From NCBI GenBank assembly GCA_021463145.1, contig JAJTWZ010000013.1:5864-69863 (forward strand): a stretch of 64,000 nt of DNA, written 5' to 3'. A program made the position numbers and the translations under genes. This document shows, piece by piece, positions 37,048 to 45,854 of the stretch. The first letter of the stretch is position 1, and the number at the start of each line of letters is the position of its first letter. Source of the stretch: Blastocatellia bacterium. Its GTDB lineage: Bacteria; Acidobacteriota; Blastocatellia; UBA7656; JADIYM01. The notes beneath the pieces are model-generated. The model saw nothing but the letters and a program-made list of their open reading frames with translations. It had not been told where the DNA came from and ran no database searches.

Positions 37048-38277
37048 ATGCCAACTTACGTTTTCAAGGGCCGTAATCGATTCAACGAGATCGTTGCAGG
37101 AGAACGCGTCGCCCCGGATCGGGCTGCACTCGAGTCAGCTCTCCGGCGTGAGCAGGTAATCCTTACGGCGGCGAAGGAGAAGGGCAAGGGGCTCGACTTC
37201 CAGATCGGCAAGCGCGAAAAGGTCAAGACGAAGGAACTTGCCATCTTCACGCGCCAGTTTTCCGTCATGCTCGACGCAGGCCTTCCGCTCGTGCAGTGCC
37301 TCGACATTCTGGGACAGCAGCAGGACAACCCATACTTCGCCAAGGTGATCAGCCGTACGAGAGAGGACGTTGAAGCGGGCTCGACTCTGGCAGACGCCAT
37401 GTCGCGCCATCCAAAGGTCTTCGAGCAACTCTTCGTGAACATGGTCGAAGCGGGCGAAACGGGCGGTATCCTCGACATCATTCTCCAGCGCCTCTCGACC
37501 TTCCTCGAGAAGATCGTGAAGCTGAAGTCGGACGTCAAATCGGCGCTCGTCTATCCGATAGCAGTCATCGCCATCTCGCTGGTCGTGATCTCGGTCATCA
37601 TGATTTTCGTCATTCCGTCCTTCAAGAGCATCTTCGAGACGCTGGTCGGACCGGGCGAGAGTCTTCCCTGGCTTACTGAGTTCGTCGTCGACGTGAGTTC
37701 GTTCATGGCGAGTTTCTGGTGGCTGATTGCGATCGTGCTGGGTCTGGGATTCTACGGCCTCCGTACCTATTACAAGACCCCCAAGGGCCGGAAGGTTCTC
37801 GATGGCATTTCGCTGAAGATACCGATCATCGGCGAAATCCTGCGAAAGATCGCCATTTCACGATTTTCGCGGACTCTTGGCACGTTGCTGTCATCGGGTG
37901 TTCCCATTCTGGAGTCTCTCGACATCACCGCAAGAACATCCGGCAACGTCGTCGTGGAGGAGGCCATCCTCAACGTTCGAAGCGCTATCGAGCAGGGCGA
38001 GACGTTCCTCGAACCACTCAAGGCCGCAAAGCTCTTTCCCCCGATGGTCTGTCAGATGATCGGTATCGGCGAGCAGACCGGCGCACTCGACGCTATGCTC
38101 AGCAAGATCGCCGACTTCTACGAGCAGGAAGTCGATGCGGCAATCGCTAACCTCCTGGCCATGCTCGAACCGGCGATGATCATGTTTCTGGGCGTGACGA
38201 TAGGTACGATCGTCATCGCAATGTATCTGCCGCTGTTCTCGCTCATTGCCAAACTGGCTTCGTCAGGCAAGAAGTAG
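37048..38277 (+). CDS. pilC: Type IV pilus inner-membrane platform protein PilC (GspF family)
   Basis: Two GspF repeats (FTRQFSVMLDAGLPL ... and FSRTLGTLLSSGVPIL ...) with three TM segments. Confidence 0.9.
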   Translation: MPTYVFKGRNRFNEIVAGERVAPDRAALESALRREQVILTAAKEKGKGLDFQIGKREKVKTKELAIFTRQFSVMLDAGLPLVQCLDILGQQQDNPYFAKVISRTREDVEAGSTLADAMSRHPKVFEQLFVNMVEAGETGGILDIILQRLSTFLEKIVKLKSDVKSALVYPIAVIAISLVVISVIMIFVIPSFKSIFETLVGPGESLPWLTEFVVDVSSFMASFWWLIAIVLGLGFYGLRTYYKTPKGRKVLDGISLKIPIIGEILRKIAISRFSRTLGTLLSSGVPILESLDITARTSGNVVVEEAILNVRSAIEQGETFLEPLKAAKLFPPMVCQMIGIGEQTGALDAMLSKIADFYEQEVDAAIANLLAMLEPAMIMFLGVTIGTIVIAMYLPLFSLIAKLASSGKK

Positions 38278-38315
38278 CGGCGAATCGATCGCCGGCTGCG
38301 CCCGAACCCACCCGT

Positions 38316-38350
38316 GAGGGGAGCCGAATCCGGCTCCCCTCCTTTACGTT
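38316..38350 (+). terminator. Intrinsic terminator after pilC
   Basis: 11-bp stem GAGGGGAGCCG/CGGCTCCCCTC (38316-38326 and 38331-38341), followed by CTTTACGTT. Confidence 0.5.
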
Positions 38351-38368
38351 GGAACGTCGAGGGGTCCG

Positions 38369-40039
38369 TTGGACGAACTGCGCCGCAAGAGGCTGAACCG
38401 GCTGGTCTTCCTTCGTGCCGCACTCGTGGGCGCACTGGTCGTCCTCACGCTCCTGCTCGGGAGGGCGTCGCCTTACATCTGGCCGGTCTCGGTGCTCGCG
38501 ATCATCGTCTCCGGACTTTCGATCATCTACGCGATCGCGCTTCGGACGTCCATTCCAGCACGCGTGCTCGTCCCGATCCAGATCGGCAATGACGTACTGC
38601 TTGTCACCTGGCTCGTCTATCGAACCGGCGACATCGAATCGCCATTCTCGGCTCTCTACCTCATCGTCGTCTTTGCGTCGAGTCTGCTGTCGACGCGCAT
38701 TGGCATCGTGGCTATAACCACGATGTCCGTAGTCCTGGCATCGGCCATCGGCGGCGCCGTCCTCTCCGGAGTGCTGCCACGAGCGGACGGCACTCTCTAT
38801 GCTGACGAGGCTATCCCGGACCTTCAGTTGAGTTTTGCCTACACGCTGGTCGCGACCATTGCCGTTGCTGCTCTGTCGTCGCATCTCGCCGCCCGTCAGC
38901 GCCAGAGCGAATCGCAACTGGCCGCAACCGCCAGGAGCCTTGCGGCGCTCCGCGCCTTCAACGAAAGAGTCATCGAGTCCATGCGCAGTGGTCTCATCAC
39001 GGCTGATCTGGACGGAAGGATCGCTTCCACCAACAGGGCGGCCGAAGAGATCACTGGCCGATCCAAGAATGCGTTGATCGGCTCGAACCTGTCCGAACTG
39101 TTCGGGCCGGAGCCGATGACGGTGCTCGACGACGCGGATGGAGAACGCAAGGACTCGGTGCTTCGATCGCAGGTTGCCTTCGTCCGGCCCGACCAAGCCG
39201 TCGTCCACGTTGGATACAACGTCACTCCACTGACACTCGAGGACGGCGTCGTTCACGGCGTCGTGCTGATCTTCCAGGACCTCACCGAGGTCTTCGAACT
39301 CGAGCAGGAGGTGCGCCGAAGCGAGAAGCTTGCCGCTCTCGGCACCATGGCTGCGGGGCTGGCGCACGAAATCCGCAATCCCCTCGCCTCCATGCGGGGG
39401 TCGGTGCAGGTGCTTGCAAGCGAAGTCGATCTCGACGACAGTCAGGCGCGGTTGATGAACATCATTCAGCGCGAGTCCGACAGGCTGAATCGTACCGTAA
39501 CGGATTTTCTTTCGTACGCCAGACCGGCGCCTTTCAGTCCGTCGGCATTCGACCTGCGACAGTCTCTGGTGGAAGCAGTCACGCTGCTCCGTAACTCCCC
39601 GGAGGTCGGCGAGAAGCACCGAATCGTCGAATTCTATCCGGAAGGCGGCGCCCCGTTCGTGGGCGACGCCAACCAGATCCGTCAGATCTTCTGGAATCTC
39701 TCCAGGAACGGGCTGAAGGCGATGCCGGATGGCGGCGCTCTCACCGTGAGGCTCGAGGAAGTATCGCCGTCAGGCTACCGGCTAACTATCCAGGACGAGG
39801 GCGTCGGTATCGAGCCCGAGCATCTCGCCCGCCTCTTCGAACCGTTTTCGAGCACGGCGCGCGGTGGAACGGGACTTGGAATGGCCATCGTGTATCAACT
39901 GGTCATGGATCACGGCGGGCGAATCGCCGTAGACAGCCGTGCCGGGCACGGCACCAGCGTCGTCGTTTCGCTGCCCAGGAACCATAGGCTGCCCGAGTCG
40001 TCAGCCGATCCTTCTTCGGCGTTCCTGTCCCGGACCTGA
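38369..40039 (+). CDS. pilS: PilS-like sensor histidine kinase (polytopic N-terminus, PAS, HisKA, HATPase)
   Basis: About six TM helices, a PAS segment (ERVIESMRSGLITADLDGRIASTNRAAEEITG), H-box LAHEIRNPL and a G-box GTGLGMAIV. TTG start at 38369 with GAGGGG upstream. Confidence 0.75.
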   Translation: MDELRRKRLNRLVFLRAALVGALVVLTLLLGRASPYIWPVSVLAIIVSGLSIIYAIALRTSIPARVLVPIQIGNDVLLVTWLVYRTGDIESPFSALYLIVVFASSLLSTRIGIVAITTMSVVLASAIGGAVLSGVLPRADGTLYADEAIPDLQLSFAYTLVATIAVAALSSHLAARQRQSESQLAATARSLAALRAFNERVIESMRSGLITADLDGRIASTNRAAEEITGRSKNALIGSNLSELFGPEPMTVLDDADGERKDSVLRSQVAFVRPDQAVVHVGYNVTPLTLEDGVVHGVVLIFQDLTEVFELEQEVRRSEKLAALGTMAAGLAHEIRNPLASMRGSVQVLASEVDLDDSQARLMNIIQRESDRLNRTVTDFLSYARPAPFSPSAFDLRQSLVEAVTLLRNSPEVGEKHRIVEFYPEGGAPFVGDANQIRQIFWNLSRNGLKAMPDGGALTVRLEEVSPSGYRLTIQDEGVGIEPEHLARLFEPFSSTARGGTGLGMAIVYQLVMDHGGRIAVDSRAGHGTSVVVSLPRNHRLPESSADPSSAFLSRT

Positions 40040-40071
40040 TGGCCGCTTCCTTCATGGTATCTTCTGCCGCT

Positions 40072-41448
40072 ATGCACCGGTTGTTGATCGTCGACGACGA
40101 GCAGAGCATGCGAGAGTTGCTCGAGCACGTAATGACGCGCGACGGTTACGCCGTCGAAACCGCCGAGAACGGACTCCAGGCGGTCAACCTGATGAAGGAG
40201 CGTTCGTTCGATCTCGTGATCTCGGACATCCAGATGCCGGACATGACCGGAATCGAACTGCTCGAACACGTTCGAAATTCGTCGCCCGAGACCGTAGTCA
40301 TAATGATCACGGCCTTTGCCACGGTCGACACCGCCCGCCAGGCGTTCAAACTCGGAGCCGAAGACTTCATCATCAAGGACAGCGGGTTCGATGTCGAAGA
40401 ACTCAAGGTCATCGTCAGGAAGGCGATCGAGAAGACGCAACTCCGGCAACGCGTCGAGATGCTCCAGAAGGAGCTGAAGCGCCGTTCGTCGTTCGAGAAC
40501 ATCATTGGACGCTCGGCCAGGATGCAGGCGCTCTTCGGCGTAATCGAGACCGTATCGCAGACGAACTCGACTGTTCTCATCACCGGCGAATCCGGTACCG
40601 GAAAAGAACTCGTCGCTCGGGCGCTCTACAGCCACGGGACGAGATCCAACGCGCCTTTCGTGTCGGTCAATTGCGGAGCCTTCACCGAGACCCTGCTCGA
40701 AAGCGAACTGTTCGGATACATGAAAGGTTCGTTCACCGGCGCTGCGGCGAACAAGAAGGGGATCTTCGAGGCGGCCTCCGGGGGAACGGTCTTCCTCGAC
40801 GAGATTGGTGAAATGTCGCAAGCGATGCAGGTGAAGCTGCTTCGCGTCCTGCAGGAGCGAGTTGTCCGGCGGGTCGGTGGGACCGATGAGCTCCCTGTCG
40901 ACGTCCGTGTCATTGCAGCAACGAACCGCGATCTCGAGGAAGAGGTGGCCAAGAGCGCGTTCCGTCAGGATCTCTATTACCGTATTTCTGTGATTCCAGT
41001 AGAGTTACCGCCGCTTCGAGAGCGTGTCGAGGACATACCGGACCTCGTCGACCATTTCCTCGAGAAACTGGCGAAAGACTCCGGGCGGCCAAAACTGACG
41101 TGCTCACCGGAAGCGCTGCGACTTCTGGAGGCTTACGATTGGCCTGGGAATGTGCGCGAGCTCGAGAACACGATCGAGCGTGCCCACGCATTCGAGTCGA
41201 CGGATACGATCGGTCCCGAGCGCCTTCCGCAGAGAGTCCTTCACTATTCTCCGCGCGAAGCGGCAAACGTCGTCATTCCCGACGATGGCATCGACCTCGA
41301 ACGCTACCTCGCGGAGCTCGAGAAGAACTATCTGCGAGAGGCGCTTCAACGAACGAACTTCAACCAAACGCGCTCGGCGGAACTGCTGCGGATGCCCGTC
41401 CGCAGCTTCCGCCACCTCATGGGCAAGTATCGGCTGAGGGATCGGTGA
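40072..41448 (+). CDS. pilR: Sigma-54-dependent response regulator PilR (NtrC family)
   Basis: Receiver domain (LLIVDDE ... DLVISDIQMPDMTG), AAA+ domain with GESGTGKE and the GAFTGA-type loop GSFTGA, and a C-terminal HTH. The internal ATG 40072 (MHRLLIVDD) is preferred over the listed 40039. Confidence 0.85.
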   Translation: MHRLLIVDDEQSMRELLEHVMTRDGYAVETAENGLQAVNLMKERSFDLVISDIQMPDMTGIELLEHVRNSSPETVVIMITAFATVDTARQAFKLGAEDFIIKDSGFDVEELKVIVRKAIEKTQLRQRVEMLQKELKRRSSFENIIGRSARMQALFGVIETVSQTNSTVLITGESGTGKELVARALYSHGTRSNAPFVSVNCGAFTETLLESELFGYMKGSFTGAAANKKGIFEAASGGTVFLDEIGEMSQAMQVKLLRVLQERVVRRVGGTDELPVDVRVIAATNRDLEEEVAKSAFRQDLYYRISVIPVELPPLRERVEDIPDLVDHFLEKLAKDSGRPKLTCSPEALRLLEAYDWPGNVRELENTIERAHAFESTDTIGPERLPQRVLHYSPREAANVVIPDDGIDLERYLAELEKNYLREALQRTNFNQTRSAELLRMPVRSFRHLMGKYRLRDR

Positions 41449-43889
41449 CGGTCGAACGCGGGGCCGTGGCGGGCTCGACGTCGCGATGGAGTCGGATTCC
41501 GTCCCGATACCGCTGGGGTTCGATTGCCGTCCTCGTCGCCAGCCTGCCGGTCCTCAAGGGGCTGACGACATCATCCGTCTTCTGCCTGCGGGATCTGTCG
41601 TTCTATTTCTGGCCCGAGCATCTCTGGATCCGCGACGCGATGATGAGCGGGACTTTCCCTTTCTGGGACCCGTACGTCGGTTTCGGCCAGGTCGCGCTCG
41701 CGGACCCCGTGCGGCACATGCTGTACCCGCCGATGATGCTCTTGAGGCTCGTCCCTTCGGCGGCGCTCGGCTTCAATATAGCCGTCGCTCTGCCGTATCC
41801 GGTCGCGGCCGCCGGGCTCTACCTGTTTCTGCGTCGACGCGTGAGCGATCGCGCGGCGGCGCTCGGAGCTGCGGCCTTCGCGGTCTCTGGCCCGATGCTG
41901 AGCACCGCGAACATGCTGAACTTCTCGTGGTCGGTCGCGACGATCCCGTGGGCACTGTTCGCGGTCGATCGCCTCGTCGAGCGGCCAACGGCGCGCCGGT
42001 TCGCGGTCGCCGCGGCGACGTACGCGATGTTTCTCCTCGCCTGTGAGGGAACGACTATCGTAGGCGGCGCGGTGTTGACGGCCGCATACGGGTTGTTCCG
42101 TGCTGCTCCTGGCACTCGCGTTCGGAACGGCGTGCGAATAGTCGCCTCGGGGTTCTGCGGCATCGCGCTCGCCGGAGTGCTATTCGTTCCGTTTCTGAAG
42201 ACGGCCGCGAACTCGCCTCGAGCAGAAGGCATCGACCCGAGAGTTCCGGCCTTCTGGTCCTTGCATCCGTTGAACCTCTCGCAGGCCGTTTCCATCGGCG
42301 TCCTGGGCGATCCTATAGGCGAGACCGGCGATCGGGGCTGGATCCGCGACCTGAACGGCTATCCCGAGCCCTTCATATACTCAGTCTTCGTCGGTGTCAC
42401 GGTTCTTGTTCTTGCAGCGCTAGGGATCGGTGGCGCGCGACAGCGCTGGGAAGCGTGGTTCTGGACAGCGGCGGCGGCCGCGACGCTGCTCATCGCGTTC
42501 GGTCGCTTCGTGCCGGTATACGGCGCTCTCAGGACCGTCCTGCCGATCGTCGATGCGCTCCGGTTTCCAGTAAAGTTCGTCGTGCTAACGGCACTCGCCG
42601 TGTCCGTTCTAGCCGCGTTCGGATTGGACTCACTCGAGCTGCAGTCAGACGCGGCAGACGATGGCGTCGAGCCACGATGGCTGCTGCCGTTGCTTGGGGT
42701 GATTGCGGCCTGCGTGGCCGTCGGTATTCTGACGATTGCGGCCCTGGTCACGGGAATTGCCTCTCCGGCGCTGCTTGGATTCTCGAGGTGGATGGGCGTC
42801 GCCGATCCGCAGGCGGCCAGTGCCTTCCTTGGCCCATCTATCTCGAGGTCGCTGCCGCCGGTACTCATTGTTTCCACGGCGTGCGCGGCAGCGCTCTGGA
42901 TGTCGACGCGCCGGGCATCGCTGCGTCGGTACGGTCTCGCGATCGTCTTCGTCTTGGCGGTCGCCGATCCGCTGGCGTCGAGTTGGGATCTTTTTCCGAT
43001 GGCGCACGTCGAGAATCTCGGCGATCCACCCTGGGCTGCGAAGGTCCGGGAGCGAGGCGAAAGGCTCTACGTCGGAGGACGGCTCCAGTTCGTCATCGAC
43101 GAGTCGCCCGATGCCGACAACGTGGTCTTCGCAGCTGGTCTCCCGCTAACGACGAATTCCAAGATGGAGAGCATCGCCTGTGTTTCCAGATATATGGCGA
43201 CATTTCCCTCCCCGTGGCGCGTCCGGGATGCCTTCTCGTTCGACAATGCAATGCTCTGGCCCCGTGAATACTGGCAGGCACGAGACCGGTTCCGGCACGC
43301 AACGCGAGACGAGCGCATCCGCTTCCTTCGGCGGGCCGGCGTTGGTTCTTTTCTTGTCTCCTGGGAGGAATTTCCGGACGCCAGGGTCGTTCATGAGGAC
43401 ACCCTGTTTCGTCCCCTCGCTCTCTGGCAGTGCGATTCCCCGTCGCCACGTGTATCGGTGACGACGAACTGGGCAGTCGAACCGGACATAGCCAGTGCCG
43501 TGAGCAAGACCTTCGAGCCGGGTTCGACCACGCTCGTTTCGACGGCGCCGGTGCCATCTGGACTTCCCGGGACATCGTCGGCGGATGCATGCGAGATCCT
43601 TGAGGAGAGCGAGTCACGCGTTTTCATCGAAGCGTCCTCGATTTCGAACGGAGGGTTTCTTGTTCTGCGCGACTCGTTCGCTGCGGGCTGGAGCGCAACG
43701 GTTGACGGTCAACCTGCGGACATTGTGCGGGTGGACGGACTATTCCGCGGAGTCCGGCTCGCGGCCGGCTCGCATCGGGTCGAGTTTCGATACGAGCCTC
43801 CGGGCCTCGTGGCGGGTTTCGCCGTGTCGGCGTTTTCGGCCATCGGACTCGGCGTGCTGGCGCTAATCCGTCCTCGCCCGGAACAGTGA
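41445..43889 (+). CDS. YfhO-family polytopic membrane protein (GT-C fold glycosyltransferase candidate)
   Basis: The GTG at 41445 overlaps the pilR TGA (GTGA). FYFWPEHLWIRDAMMSGTFPFWDPYVGFG near the N-terminus, more than 10 hydrophobic helices, an extracytoplasmic C-terminal domain (GFLVLRDSFAAGWSATVDGQPADIVRVDGLFRGVRLAAGSHRVEFRYEP) and a final TM. The part of the listed ORF upstream of 41445 overlaps pilR and is spurious. Confidence 0.7.
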   Translation: MTVERGAVAGSTSRWSRIPSRYRWGSIAVLVASLPVLKGLTTSSVFCLRDLSFYFWPEHLWIRDAMMSGTFPFWDPYVGFGQVALADPVRHMLYPPMMLLRLVPSAALGFNIAVALPYPVAAAGLYLFLRRRVSDRAAALGAAAFAVSGPMLSTANMLNFSWSVATIPWALFAVDRLVERPTARRFAVAAATYAMFLLACEGTTIVGGAVLTAAYGLFRAAPGTRVRNGVRIVASGFCGIALAGVLFVPFLKTAANSPRAEGIDPRVPAFWSLHPLNLSQAVSIGVLGDPIGETGDRGWIRDLNGYPEPFIYSVFVGVTVLVLAALGIGGARQRWEAWFWTAAAAATLLIAFGRFVPVYGALRTVLPIVDALRFPVKFVVLTALAVSVLAAFGLDSLELQSDAADDGVEPRWLLPLLGVIAACVAVGILTIAALVTGIASPALLGFSRWMGVADPQAASAFLGPSISRSLPPVLIVSTACAAALWMSTRRASLRRYGLAIVFVLAVADPLASSWDLFPMAHVENLGDPPWAAKVRERGERLYVGGRLQFVIDESPDADNVVFAAGLPLTTNSKMESIACVSRYMATFPSPWRVRDAFSFDNAMLWPREYWQARDRFRHATRDERIRFLRRAGVGSFLVSWEEFPDARVVHEDTLFRPLALWQCDSPSPRVSVTTNWAVEPDIASAVSKTFEPGSTTLVSTAPVPSGLPGTSSADACEILEESESRVFIEASSISNGGFLVLRDSFAAGWSATVDGQPADIVRVDGLFRGVRLAAGSHRVEFRYEPPGLVAGFAVSAFSAIGLGVLALIRPRPEQ

Positions 43890-43894
43890 TTGCA
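43879..43894 (+). promoter_or_regulatory. Weak candidate sigma-54 (-24/-12) element upstream of the first pilin
   Basis: CGGAAC-AGTGA-TTGCA keeps the GG-N10-GC spacing. It ends 82 nt upstream of ATG 43976 and overlaps the yfhO-like stop codon. Confidence 0.3.
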
Positions 43895-43975
43895 TTGCAG
43901 CGTGTGACTTCAGTCTCGAACAACGTCCGATGGCGAAGCCAAACGTCCCAAGTTCACACTGCGAGGCACCCCAAA

Positions 43976-44410
43976 ATGCGGAAGAATCAAGGCGGATTCT
44001 CTCTCGTCGAGCTTCTGATCGTGGTCGCGGTCATCGGCATAATCGCGGCTATTGCAATCCCGAGTCTCATCCAGGCACAGCGACGGTCGAAGGAAGCGTC
44101 TGCGGTCGCCTGCCTTCGGGCATACACGTCGGCCCAGTACTCGTTCAACGCGACTCGTGGCGGGTATGAGCGGTACGGCACCACCGCCGAGCTTGCGTTG
44201 GGATACATGGATACGGCTTTCCTCACAACTGGAATCCGTAACACCTACCAGTTCACGTTTGCGCTAAGCGGCCCGTTGACCGAGTTTACGGCCAACGCCG
44301 ATCCTCAGGTCGTCGATCCGACTGTAGCCCACTACTTCGTAGACACGTCTGGCATCATTCGGTCGAATCTCGGCTCTCCGGCAGACGTGAACAGCCTTCC
44401 GATTGGCTAG
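43976..44410 (+). CDS. Type IV pilin (prepilin with class III signal)
   Basis: MRKNQGG/FSLVELLIVVAVIGIIAAIAIPSL has Gly-1, Phe+1 and Glu+5. The internal ATG 43976 is preceded by GAGG. Confidence 0.85.
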   Translation: MRKNQGGFSLVELLIVVAVIGIIAAIAIPSLIQAQRRSKEASAVACLRAYTSAQYSFNATRGGYERYGTTAELALGYMDTAFLTTGIRNTYQFTFALSGPLTEFTANADPQVVDPTVAHYFVDTSGIIRSNLGSPADVNSLPIG

Positions 44411-44548
44411 ACTGCGCTTACAAATTCTGTCACTTCCGAATGCCACGGAATGTCAAATGTTCATTGCCAACGTGCCAGCGACAACCCAGTCTCGAAGCTG
44501 CAACCGATATTTCGGCTGAATTTCTTCAGTTTCGCAGAATCCCTGCTC

Positions 44549-44564
44549 TGGCACGATGCTTGCT
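44549..44564 (+). promoter_or_regulatory. Sigma-54 promoter (-24/-12) for the second pilin
   Basis: TGGCAC-GATGC-TTGCT is an exact match to the TGGCAC-N5-TTGCW consensus. It ends 87 nt upstream of ATG 44651, and a PilR-type activator is encoded 3 kb upstream. Confidence 0.7.
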
Positions 44565-44650
44565 TACCAGTCTCGCAGCAGGCTGCTCCGCTTGAAGGAG
44601 CACTTGTTTCCAAAGTTTTCACTCTCGTCAACCGTAAAGGAGTCCGGCAC

Positions 44651-45079
44651 ATGAAGAACCAGAAAGGTTTCTCGCTTATCGAGCTGCTGATCGTCGTTGC
44701 GATCATCGGCATCATCGCGGCCATCGCTATTCCCAGCCTGATCCGCGCCCGCGCGGCGGCCAACCAGTCGGCGGCCATTGGCACGCTTCGTTCAATCGGC
44801 TCGGCCGAGGCCACTTACATGGCTGGCAGCCGGAATGTTCCTGGCGAGCTTGCGGATCTCATCGCTGGCAACCACATCGACACGACACTGACGGATGGCG
44901 CCACGCGCAACAGCTACCTGCTTGGCCAGGATGTCGCGGACCCGCTTTGGCTCTTCACGGCGGCGCCGAACGGCCTCACTTCTGGGGACAATTCGTACGG
45001 AATCAGTCAGGATTTCGTGGTCCGCGAATTGCCCGGCACGACGCCTCCGGGAAATCTCGCCGGCACGCCGATCGGCTAG
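44651..45079 (+). CDS. Type IV pilin (prepilin with class III signal)
   Basis: MKNQKG/FSLIELLIVVAIIGIIAAIAIPSLIRARAAANQSAAIGTLRSIGSAEATY. AAAGGAG lies upstream of ATG 44651. Confidence 0.85.
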   Translation: MKNQKGFSLIELLIVVAIIGIIAAIAIPSLIRARAAANQSAAIGTLRSIGSAEATYMAGSRNVPGELADLIAGNHIDTTLTDGATRNSYLLGQDVADPLWLFTAAPNGLTSGDNSYGISQDFVVRELPGTTPPGNLAGTPIG

Positions 45080-45103
45080 TCCGTATCGCATAGGCGGTTC
45101 TAT

Positions 45104-45144
45104 AGGGCGCGCAGGCAAAGCCTGCGCGCCCTTTCTGCTTTGTC
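45104..45144 (+). terminator. Bidirectional intrinsic terminator between convergent pilin and glyco-operon genes
   Basis: Perfect 13-bp stem AGGGCGCGCAGGC-AAA-GCCTGCGCGCCCT (45104-45132), followed by TTCTGCTTTGTC. Confidence 0.7.
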
Positions 45145-45179
45145 GGAAAGGTTTCCGAGAAAAGGCGGGTGGCGACAAC

Positions 45180-45854
45180 CTACTTCGCTGGCTGCAGCCT
45201 GTGCAGGAGCTCGTTCGCCTTGTTGCGCGCGATGAGCGGAAGGGCTGCATCGTCGGCAACCTTCCGGAGCAGCGGCACGAGAGCTACGGCATCTGCGATA
45301 CGGCCCAGCTTGAGCTCGCGCGCGATCGTCGTGAGAACCGCCGGCGTTTCGAGCGGCTGGTGAATCATCGCCACCTCGAGTTCCGCCACATACACCTCGC
45401 GATTGGCGATGCCTCGCAGCAGCCGACCCAATGCATCGGCTTCCCGATTCCTTGTGAAGTTGAAGACGACCTCTCGTTGTGCGCCAGCTTGCCTTACCGC
45501 GATTCGCGTCTCGCCAAGGTTCGAATGGTCTTCCTTCGTCTGGTAGACCTCCGACGAGTGCACGAAGTTCAACATTCTGAGAAGACCGCGAATCTCCCCC
45601 ACGCCTTTCTCGCTCACGGCGATGTCCCGCGACATCGGTTTCGCCACGTCTCGCCTGGACCACAAGAGCTTTCCGCGCCCAGTGCCGTCGACCGACAACT
45701 CGATGAGCGAGATGTCGAAACTGGCGTTGTGGAAGCGATAGCGGACGTGCAGGTCGCTCTCGACGACAGCCGAGGCACCCGGTGGACATCCGGCCGACTG
45801 TCCGGGTTCGGGAATGCGCGTCAGGATGAAGGCCAATGCGAACTGCTCGATCAC
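45180..45854 (-). CDS. Hypothetical protein, last gene of the glyco-operon
   Basis: The GTG start (complement of 45852-45854) overlaps the upstream TAG by 1 nt (TAGTG), with GAGGAG 10 nt upstream. Composition is protein-like. The listed start at 45974 would overlap the upstream gene by 120 nt. Confidence 0.5.
   Translation of the reverse strand: MIEQFALAFILTRIPEPGQSAGCPPGASAVVESDLHVRYRFHNASFDISLIELSVDGTGRGKLLWSRRDVAKPMSRDIAVSEKGVGEIRGLLRMLNFVHSSEVYQTKEDHSNLGETRIAVRQAGAQREVVFNFTRNREADALGRLLRGIANREVYVAELEVAMIHQPLETPAVLTTIARELKLGRIADAVALVPLLRKVADDAALPLIARNKANELLHRLQPAK

Noticed and set aside
38243-40821. Long minus-strand ORFs 38243..39619 and 39910..40821
   Set aside because: They are antisense to pilS and pilR, with shadow-ORF composition.
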